A DNA stretch of 64,000 nt. Source: a virus. The notes under the pieces are model-generated. The model made no database searches, had not been told where the DNA came from, and saw only the letters and a list, made by a program, of their open reading frames with translations. A program made the position numbers and the translations under genes. Shown in pieces: positions 1-6,123 of the stretch. Location: IMG/VR virus record IMGVR_UViG_3300036772_000557, positions 1 through 64,000 of that record; one strand, 5' to 3'. Numbering within the stretch: the first letter of the stretch is position 1; every line of letters begins with the position of its first letter.

Positions 1-159
1 ATGGAAAAAAATTCGCGGCTTCGGAATGTTGTTATTGCGGTAAGGCTGACCGCGGCCGAGCACGCGGCCCTAAAATCCATGGCTGCTAAAGACAATCGCA
101 GCATCTCGGCGTCGGTTCGAATGCTTGTTATCGAGGCTCTAAAGCAGTCAAACGCCTAA
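1..159 (+). CDS. ribbon-helix-helix (Arc/CopG-like) DNA-binding protein, 52 aa
   Basis: Hand translation MEKNSRLRNVVIAVRLTAAEHAALKSMAAKDNRSISASVRMLVIEALKQSNA*; alternating beta-strand IAVRL followed by two helices and RSIS turn typical of RHH; below the ORF-track cut-off. Confidence 0.7.
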   Translation: MEKNSRLRNVVIAVRLTAAEHAALKSMAAKDNRSISASVRMLVIEALKQSNA

Positions 160-411
160 GAGATCCCGCCACCTAGAGAGCAGCGCTGGGTTGGGGATAT
201 GCTTTCCGGCCTCCCACATATTGAGAGCCGATTCGGACACGCCGATCTGAGCGGCAAGCACCCGGCAAGAAATGCGCAGCTTGTACCTCTCGCGCCTCAG
301 CGCCGGAAGCAGGGCAGTGACGAGGTGGATGTGCCGTTCCCGGATCGCCGCAACGGCATCAAGGTAAGATCCCAACCCGTCGGCACGACCGTCATACTGA
401 TGTAGGTCCAT
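148..411 (-). CDS. XRE-family HTH protein
   Basis: LRRERYKLRISCRVLAAQIGVSESALNMWEAGKHIP matches the HTH_3 pattern; start moved to MDLH with GGAAGG RBS. Confidence 0.75.
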   Translation of the reverse strand: MDLHQYDGRADGLGSYLDAVAAIRERHIHLVTALLPALRRERYKLRISCRVLAAQIGVSESALNMWEAGKHIPNPALLSRWRDLLGV

Positions 412-427
412 GGGTTTCCCTTCCGAA

Positions 428-784
428 TCAGACGATCGACCGTAAGATAAAATCCCACTCCGGGCAGGCGTCTGGATAGACATTGTAGAATGATTGTCTC
501 AGCCTCTCCCGCCTCTTTTCACGGGCCCTTTCTTTAAGGATCTCGGGATCTGGTTTGAAGGTCACGCGCTGGCCATGGAAGAGCCTCATCCAATCTGCAG
601 CGTCACCGTCTGCGCCGCATCCATGACAATGGTAGCGTCCCTCTCCACGCCGACCACGCCAGATCTGGAACGAGGGTGTTTTCTCGGAGTGGAAGGGACA
701 GAGCCCGGACCATCTCTCCCGGCCGCTGCGCCCGAGCTTTACCGTCCTCGAAACGATCTGCGCCAGCTCCTCGACGGTCATCAT
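428..784 (-). CDS. stand-alone CHC2 zinc-finger (DnaG primase Zn-binding domain) protein
   Basis: GLCPFHSEKTPSF...YHCHGCGADGDAADW motif; no TOPRIM domain follows. Confidence 0.85.
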   Translation of the reverse strand: MMTVEELAQIVSRTVKLGRSGRERWSGLCPFHSEKTPSFQIWRGRRGEGRYHCHGCGADGDAADWMRLFHGQRVTFKPDPEILKERAREKRRERLRQSFYNVYPDACPEWDFILRSIV

Positions 785-963
785 TGCGGCTCTCCCTTTT
801 GGGGCAGCGGCACTGGCATGTTCCGGATCTTATTACAGATCGCTGATGCTGTCGCCGCTGATGGCCCATTGGGCGCCCACCCAGACGAATACTCATCGAT
901 CATCGCGACGATACGCTTCGTGCAGGAATCCCACACCCACTGCCGGACTTCGTCCTCGCTCAT
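781..963 (-). CDS. hypothetical protein
   Basis: GGAAAG RBS, ATGA overlap with downstream gene. Confidence 0.55.
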   Translation of the reverse strand: MSEDEVRQWVWDSCTKRIVAMIDEYSSGWAPNGPSAATASAICNKIRNMPVPLPQKGEPQ

Positions 964-1184
964 CTTGCTTTCCTTCCTAGTTTAATCGGTTGCGCGCCGC
1001 AACCGAACTAGCCCCGCTGGCAATGAAGCGAGGGGAATGAGGGCAAGGGTTAGCGAAGTTCGAAGAACTTTTTTGGAGGTTGCCTGCACGCGTAAGCGTG
1101 CTAGGAGGAGCCAAAAGGGCGAAGCCCCGCGCCCTTGCGCTCATGGGACGGCACGTCCCTACGCCACGTCTGTGGCGGGGAAAC

Positions 1185-1406
1185 TCAAAGCAAGATTCCC
1201 TGGCGTGATGTTGGGCTGAAAGGCCAGCGGTGGCCGCATCTCCCGCATTCGTATCCAATGTGCGTGCGATCTGGTGCTGTAGCCCAAGGGTCTAGCGTAA
1301 TATCGTTTCCGCTGCGCCACACCGGATTGATTGGGTCTCCGTAGCACGTGCATGGTTTGTTATTCGGATCGATGATCGCGTCCACTCCCTTTTGGTTGGA
1401 AAGCAT
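1185..1406 (-). CDS. small Cys-rich hypothetical protein (possible Zn ribbon)
   Basis: CTC...YECGRCGHRW; co-directional with neighbours. Confidence 0.4.
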   Translation of the reverse strand: MLSNQKGVDAIIDPNNKPCTCYGDPINPVWRSGNDITLDPWATAPDRTHIGYECGRCGHRWPFSPTSRQGILL

Positions 1407-1484
1407 CCGTCGCTTACTGACCGTCGTCGATGTCGTCGGCCTCGACGCCTACAGTCAGATCGTCAACGAGTTTGCCATATCTTT

Positions 1485-1763
1485 TCATCGTACACGTCCC
1501 CCACGTCGCACCCGTATGCCGAACAGCCAGGCTACGCGCAGGACCAAGAAGAGCAATAAACCGGGACCGATCACGAATACCGGGAAAGAAAGGAGTATTC
1601 CGGCGAAGGCAACAGAGTAAGCGATTATCGGAAACACTTGTGAGAAACCGGCCCCCACCGTCATAAGGACTGCGCTGGCGATCGCCGGGTATAAAAACGC
1701 CCATTTCATGAACCAGATAATGAAATCCTCGAGGCGCTCGTCGGTCATGGTTATCGGCTCCAT
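1485..1763 (-). CDS. small membrane protein
   Basis: 2-3 long hydrophobic segments. Confidence 0.6.
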   Translation of the reverse strand: MEPITMTDERLEDFIIWFMKWAFLYPAIASAVLMTVGAGFSQVFPIIAYSVAFAGILLSFPVFVIGPGLLLFLVLRVAWLFGIRVRRGGRVR

Positions 1764-1787
1764 AATGCCGCGGATGCGGCGTGAGAC

Positions 1788-2021
1788 TCAGTCTTTGGAC
1801 GCGCGCCCTGGTGACAATGACTCGAGGAAGCAGCCGAGGTTGAGCAGGAGAACCCCTAGAATTATCAGTATGAGGGCGGCGTTTAGCACGAAGGAAGTTT
1901 TAGTGCTGTCGGAGGCGGCAAACCAAACAGTATAAAAGAAAAATACCACCACCCCGGCCCCCCACAGAGCGGTACCGCTCGCAACAAAGTTTATAGCTAG
2001 CCCTAGAAGCCATCGCCTCAT
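1788..2021 (-). CDS. small membrane protein (2 TM)
   Basis: MRRWLLGLAINF...VVVFFFY...LILIILGVLLLNLG; ATGA-coupled to upstream ORF. Confidence 0.6.
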   Translation of the reverse strand: MRRWLLGLAINFVASGTALWGAGVVVFFFYTVWFAASDSTKTSFVLNAALILIILGVLLLNLGCFLESLSPGRASKD

Positions 2022-2149
2022 GATGTCACCAACCACACCACCACCCCGACCAAGGCGGATACAACAAGGGATCCAGTCAAAGCCGCCACGAAAAGTCCCG
2101 CCGGCCTGGCCGGTATCAACTCCCACACTCGCGAAGGCGCACCATTCAT
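2018..2149 (-). CDS. 43-aa single-TM protein
   Basis: Hand translation MNGAPSRVWELIPARPAGLFVAALTGSLVVSALVGVVVWLVTS*; ATGA overlaps at both ends. Confidence 0.55.
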   Translation of the reverse strand: MNGAPSRVWELIPARPAGLFVAALTGSLVVSALVGVVVWLVTS

Positions 2150-2394
2150 GGCGCGTCTGGCCCCGCGATGCCTCTAAACGAGACGTGCGCGCCTGCCTCG
2201 TATTGCGCGAGGAATACGATGCCGCGCCCTTCGAGGACATGCTGGATTGCCATGACATAGGCTGGCGTGCTTTCGCGGCGAGAGCCCTCGAAATCGATCA
2301 CGACGTTAGGGCTGCACCCGACCATCTTCGCGAGGTCGGCTTGCGTCAGGTCTAACCAAGCGCGAGCGGCTCTACACTGTGCTGGGGTTATCAT
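2146..2394 (-). CDS. XRE-family transcriptional regulator (alphaproteobacterial MITPAQCRAAR type)
   Basis: MITPAQCRAARAWLDLTQADLAKMVGCS...DFEG...LEGRGIVF is the characteristic pattern. Confidence 0.85.
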   Translation of the reverse strand: MITPAQCRAARAWLDLTQADLAKMVGCSPNVVIDFEGSRRESTPAYVMAIQHVLEGRGIVFLAQYEAGAHVSFRGIAGPDAP

Positions 2395-2563
2395 CCGCTA
2401 ACCTGCATTCCAAAAGATCGTCAAGAGCCGCTTGCGTGGTTACGAGATCCGCGCCCCAGATGCTCGTAATCTCTGCGATGCAGCTACGAATAGCCGCTTG
2501 CCACACTTCCCGATCACGAGCGGACCAAGCGCGAGCGGCGCGGCATTGGGCGGGGGTGATCAT
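2372..2563 (-). CDS. hypothetical protein whose first 13 aa duplicate those of the downstream XRE protein
   Basis: MITPAQCRAARAW shared; ATGA overlap with upstream gene. Confidence 0.5.
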   Translation of the reverse strand: MITPAQCRAARAWSARDREVWQAAIRSCIAEITSIWGADLVTTQAALDDLLECRLADDNPSTV

Positions 2564-3012
2564 CGCGATTTCCCATCAACGAGACGAAGCGCTCGCTCTG
2601 CCATCTCAATTGTGTCACGCGATAGCAAATCCAGCGCTCGCCCCCGGCGACCGCCCTCCCCACATTCGATCAATAGCCGCCTAAGGGCGTGGTATAGAGC
2701 GGGGCCAGCCGACCGCTGAAGGCGCTCAGTCTCCTGCGGCGTAACTACGCGCGTTTGTGGGTTGCGCGCCTTTAACTCCGCGTAACTCATCAAGTCCCGA
2801 CCTTCCACGCGATCAGGCTGTGTCATCGCCGCCTTGGCGTCATCACAACATTCGATACAAATCCGAACATTACCAGGTCCAGCGACGGGGCGATGCTGAA
2901 GTTCCGCTTCAGATCGAGCACAAAACGAGCAATAGACAACAGGGGTGATCATCTCTGCAAGTTTCCATAGCTTGCCTGATCTGTCCATCTGATAACTCGC
3001 GATGCGTTTCAT
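2560..3012 (-). CDS. protein with ClpX-type C4 zinc-binding domain
   Basis: YCSFCARSEAELQHRPVAGPGNVRICIECC resembles the ClpX N-domain (CSFCGK...LIAGPGVYICDEC); alternative start MITP at 2952. Confidence 0.75.
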   Translation of the reverse strand: MKRIASYQMDRSGKLWKLAEMITPVVYCSFCARSEAELQHRPVAGPGNVRICIECCDDAKAAMTQPDRVEGRDLMSYAELKARNPQTRVVTPQETERLQRSAGPALYHALRRLLIECGEGGRRGRALDLLSRDTIEMAERALRLVDGKSR

Positions 3013-3048
3013 ATCATTCCCTCCGTTCCATGGGGTTGGGTGGGGTGA

Positions 3049-3342
3049 TCATGGCTGCAAAATTGCCGCTATTGCTGGCTCGACGAGGTCACGAAATGCT
3101 GACTCGTGATAGGATTTCGTGTCATAAATAACTTCGCCGCTAAAAAACTCGATATGGCCAAGACGCTGGACGTTTTTACTTATGTGACCATCGCTATCGA
3201 TAAAGCGCCCATCGAAATAAATGCGGCTCTTGCCGTTCTTCTCCCACACCTTGGCGCTCAGCAAATAGGTTCCGTAACCTGAAGTGACTAGGCGCTCACC
3301 GTTCAGCGCGGCAGATATTTTTTCGATTAGCTTAGGCATCAT
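3049..3342 (-). CDS. hypothetical phage protein (KVWEKNGKSRIY motif)
   Basis: GGAGGG RBS before MMPK; first gene after leftward promoter; lower GC. Confidence 0.65.
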   Translation of the reverse strand: MMPKLIEKISAALNGERLVTSGYGTYLLSAKVWEKNGKSRIYFDGRFIDSDGHISKNVQRLGHIEFFSGEVIYDTKSYHESAFRDLVEPAIAAILQP

Positions 3343-3363
3343 TCCCTCCGTTCCACCACCCTC

Positions 3364-3392
3364 AATATAGAATCTCCGGAACGCCACGTCAA
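3364..3392 (-). promoter_or_regulatory. sigma70-type promoter TTGACG-17-TATATT (leftward)
   Basis: cgtcaa 3387-3392 and aatata 3364-3369 on + strand, 17-bp spacer. Confidence 0.8.
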
Positions 3393-3421
3393 GTTTTTTC
3401 TCATCCCGACGCATATTTTCA

Positions 3422-3450
3422 TTGACGACCTCACGAGGCCACCCTATATT
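3422..3450 (+). promoter_or_regulatory. sigma70-type promoter TTGACG-17-TATATT (rightward)
   Basis: TTGACG 3422-3427, TATATT 3445-3450, 17-bp spacer containing palindrome CCTCACGAGG. Confidence 0.8.
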
Positions 3451-3530
3451 CCAATCATCAGAAACGAACCAACGCCATTCCCGTGAAAAAGGCCGGGGTC
3501 GCTACCTCCTCTAAGCCGGAGACGCGGGGA

Positions 3531-3583
3531 TGGGTCGCGGTGATGAGACACCGCCTGATGAGAGCCAGCGAGGACGAAACCCA
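3531..3583 (+). ncRNA. type III hammerhead ribozyme
   Basis: TGGGTC|GCGGTG-atgaga-CACCGC-CTGATGA-G..C-GAAA-CCCA: complete catalytic core, GUC cleavage triplet, perfect 6-bp stem I, stem III TGGGT/ACCCA; stem II is weak. Confidence 0.75.
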
Positions 3584-3883
3584 ATGCGCAACACGAATTA
3601 CTTCGGCCGGAAGATTGGCGCCGTTGTTACCGAGAAGCGCCGCGGCACGGTCTCTAGCGTGGTGGTCGGCGATGTTCGCCGCTTCACCGCCAACGAGCAG
3701 GAAATGGGGTCTGGCATCCTCAAGTTCATTCCTAAGATCGAATTGTCGGGCCCGGCTGCGAAGCGCATCGCTATAGGCCTCAGCGCTCTCAAAGCCGCGC
3801 AATGGAAACATGGTTGTGCCACTTGGGACTGCCTCGGCGATTACGACACCATGCTGTACTCGTATCGTGAGCGGGCGGCTTAG
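3584..3883 (+). CDS. hypothetical protein (99 aa)
   Basis: ATG directly after the ribozyme; GAGGA RBS inside stem II; ends in AA. Confidence 0.7.
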   Translation: MRNTNYFGRKIGAVVTEKRRGTVSSVVVGDVRRFTANEQEMGSGILKFIPKIELSGPAAKRIAIGLSALKAAQWKHGCATWDCLGDYDTMLYSYRERAA

Positions 3884-3931
3884 GCCGCCTTCCGCTTTCC
3901 CCCTCAACCCGATGAGCAGGAGCGAAACCCA

Positions 3932-4468
3932 ATGAGCGAGACGGAGTTTCCCGCAGAGGTCGTCAAGGACGCCACCCTCCCTAACGCTTGGCGAGTCGAA
4001 AAGCTTGATAGCGATGGCGACGGTGGTGTCGATCTAGCGATCTTCGATGGCCCAAATGCAGAAGCGCGAGCGCGGGAATATGCAGCCTGGAAATATGGAT
4101 CAAACGGCAGCAAGATCATCGCCGGGCTGCAGGATGCGCTTGCGCATGTTCGCGGCGATGTGACGGCTGCGCGTGTGTCCACAGTCAGCGATCCAGAACG
4201 CGAGAAGATGACGAAGTCTCAAGTGTGCGCTGATCGACTCCTTGGTGCAGCCGGGTTTGGCCCAGACGTTTTCGATACCGAGGAAGGCCACTTTGCTGGC
4301 TATGATCCAATGCTCAGCGCTTTCCTGTATCGCAAGGGGAAGATGCACGTCGCTGTACGACCCGATGGTCGGTTTGAATGGCACACCGACAGCGGGCGGT
4401 TTGGCGGCGGCGGCAAAGCCACGCTTGACGACGAAAGCATCGAAAGTCTCGCCCGTGCTACAGAATAG
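3932..4468 (+). CDS. hypothetical, apparently chimeric phage protein
   Basis: AGGAG RBS; N-terminal WRVE..DGDGG..AIFDGPNAEARAREYA domain, central SKIIAGLQDALAHVRG segment. Confidence 0.65.
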   Translation: MSETEFPAEVVKDATLPNAWRVEKLDSDGDGGVDLAIFDGPNAEARAREYAAWKYGSNGSKIIAGLQDALAHVRGDVTAARVSTVSDPEREKMTKSQVCADRLLGAAGFGPDVFDTEEGHFAGYDPMLSAFLYRKGKMHVAVRPDGRFEWHTDSGRFGGGGKATLDDESIESLARATE

Positions 4469-4515
4469 GCAAGCCGCCCGAACACCGACGAAACTGAGGA
4501 TCAGGAGTGAAACCC

Positions 4516-4701
4516 ATGAATCTCACGGACAGGCTTTATCGCGCCCTCGCGGTCCTGGTAGCGCAACATGATCGGCCACACGGCTTTAGCGATGAGCATT
4601 GGTATCGCGAGGCGCTTGAAACGGCGCGCGCCGCTCTAGCAGACGCCTTCGTGGAAATGAACTCATCAGACAACGCCACAGACAGTGGATCGCCACAATA
4701 G
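4516..4701 (+). CDS. cassette gene, hypothetical
   Basis: CAGGAG RBS; stop TAG inside repeat; ends TDSGSPQ. Confidence 0.65.
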   Translation: MNLTDRLYRALAVLVAQHDRPHGFSDEHWYREALETARAALADAFVEMNSSDNATDSGSPQ

Positions 4702-4763
4702 GCGAGCAGCCCCGAACACCGATGAAATCAACTACTTACACGTCTGTCGAACAGGAGGAACTG

Positions 4764-4985
4764 ATGCTCGGTACCAACAAACCAATTTGGTGGAGCCCAA
4801 CAATGCCGCACGACGAGGTCACGATTGACGAGCGCCTAAGAAACCTCGGTTATACGCACAGCAAGTCTCGACTCCTAGCTTATGCATCGACAGGAAAGCA
4901 CGAAATTCGCGATCCGCAGGGCAATGTGGTTGGACACTTCACTGCCAGCGAAGCGTGCGAGTTACTCGCTCGTCTCGGTGGGTAA
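4764..4985 (+). CDS. cassette gene, hypothetical
   Basis: AGGAGG RBS at 4753-4758 before MLGTNK. Confidence 0.65.
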   Translation: MLGTNKPIWWSPTMPHDEVTIDERLRNLGYTHSKSRLLAYASTGKHEIRDPQGNVVGHFTASEACELLARLGG

Positions 4986-5015
4986 TAGGCGAGCAGCCCG
5001 AACACCGAGGAAATC

Positions 5016-5216
5016 ATGACCGTTAAAATAAATCCACAAAATCTCCCGCCAGACAAGGCGCGCCACACAATAACAATCGGACGTGGCGGCGGGCGAGCTC
5101 TCATCATCAACGGCAAGTTTTTCTTGCCAAAAAAGGGAACTGAAGACGAATGGATATCTGACGATGGATCAACGATCCAGGGAACAAAACATACAGACGG
5201 TTGCTCGCCACAATAG
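5016..5216 (+). CDS. cassette gene, hypothetical
   Basis: GAGGA RBS supplied by repeat tail; ends TDGCSPQ. Confidence 0.65.
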   Translation: MTVKINPQNLPPDKARHTITIGRGGGRALIINGKFFLPKKGTEDEWISDDGSTIQGTKHTDGCSPQ

Positions 5217-5261
5217 GCGAGCAGCAGGAACACCGCCGAAATCCAATCATTGGAGGAGCAG

Positions 5262-5492
5262 ATGAACGATACCGCCTACGAGATCCGCAACTGCTACATT
5301 AGCAACGGCGAGGAAATCGTTGCGGAGCGTCTTTATGGCTATTTCGATTACACCGAGCTCGAAGAGTTTATTCAACGCTTTATTCGTAGCATTCTGGCTC
5401 CAGGCTGGAGGTCGTACCTGAGCATCGTGGATCACGACGGAAGAGAACGAAATTTCGTGAAATACGCCGCAGACGGCGGCTCGCCACAATAG
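5262..5492 (+). CDS. cassette gene, hypothetical
   Basis: GGAGGAG RBS before MNDTAY; ends ADGGSPQ. Confidence 0.65.
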   Translation: MNDTAYEIRNCYISNGEEIVAERLYGYFDYTELEEFIQRFIRSILAPGWRSYLSIVDHDGRERNFVKYAADGGSPQ

Positions 5493-5522
5493 GCGAGCAG
5501 CCCGAACACCGGAGAGCAAACG

Positions 5523-5753
5523 ATGTTTAAATTCGAGCCAGCGTTCGGCGAGTCAGATCGCCAGCATGAGGTAACCGACTGGAGCCAAGCAAAGGACCAA
5601 TTTTTGGAGCACCAAACTTACGAAGGCGCTGAACGCTATATCCTGACTACCCTATCGCTTCTCAAAGGGAACCTGATTGGTAACGACGAATATCGGACCA
5701 TGATCCGGCGCGTCGGGAAGTTCATTGACGCGTTCGGCGTCTACACACCTTAA
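5523..5753 (+). CDS. cassette gene, hypothetical
   Basis: GGAG RBS in repeat tail; TAA abuts the sixth repeat. Confidence 0.65.
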   Translation: MFKFEPAFGESDRQHEVTDWSQAKDQFLEHQTYEGAERYILTTLSLLKGNLIGNDEYRTMIRRVGKFIDAFGVYTP

Positions 5754-5786
5754 AATAGGCGAGCAGCCCGAACACCGATGAAATTA

Positions 5787-5859
5787 CCCCGTGCGAGTCG
5801 CAGAGCCCGGCCGAAGAGGTCGGGCCGAACAACGGGTGCAAATCCCGTGACGGGGGCCA
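5787..5859 (+). ncRNA. tRNA-like structured RNA ending in CCA
   Basis: Acceptor-like CCCCGT/ACGGGG + G + CCA; T arm ACGGG-TGCAAAT-CCCGT; central hairpin GCCCGGCC-GAAGA-GGTCGGGC; no canonical D or anticodon loop. Confidence 0.55.
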
Positions 5860-5884
5860 ACCAGATGAGCAGGAGCGAAACCCT

Positions 5885-5965
5885 ATGATTATCGCGATGA
5901 TATGCCTTAGTGCCCTAATCACGGCATGGATGGCTACTACCGATACCCCGAGCGCCGCTGCATAA
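5885..5965 (+). CDS. 26-aa hydrophobic peptide
   Basis: MIIAMICLSALITAWMATTDTPSAAA*, preceded by AGGAG RBS in a hammerhead-like unit. Confidence 0.45.
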   Translation: MIIAMICLSALITAWMATTDTPSAAA

Positions 5966-6123
5966 CCTTATTCAAAGAGGAGTAACCGATCGAGGAACCG
6001 ATCACCCCTGCTGACGGGGCCGCCCCTGAATATCGAGGCAGGGGCGGTCGGCTAAAGCGCAGGCTCGGCCATCAAACTTCGAAACGCGCTCCCATACAGA
6101 TGAGCGGAACAAGTCTGGCGTGG

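Larger units (their letters stand above)
4464..5785 (+). repeat. six dispersed copies of AATAGGCGAGCAGCCCGAACACCG(AT/AG)GAAAT, one after each short gene
   Basis: Copies begin at 4464, 4697, 4984, 5212, 5488, 5754; each contains or directly follows the upstream stop codon. Confidence 0.95.

Noticed and set aside
4464-5785. CRISPR array
   Set aside because: Repeats are ~30 nt but the intervals are 200-260 bp and each holds a complete ORF; no cas genes in the window.
4464-5785. Canonical integron attC array
   Set aside because: No RYYYAAC...GTTRRRY box pair. The only tyrosine recombinase is a phage integrase next to its own tRNA-based attP and shows no IntI-specific insertion.
5787-5859. Functional decoding tRNA
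   Set aside because: No U8/A14/G18G19 D-loop pattern and no U33-containing 7-nt anticodon loop; kept only as tRNA-like.
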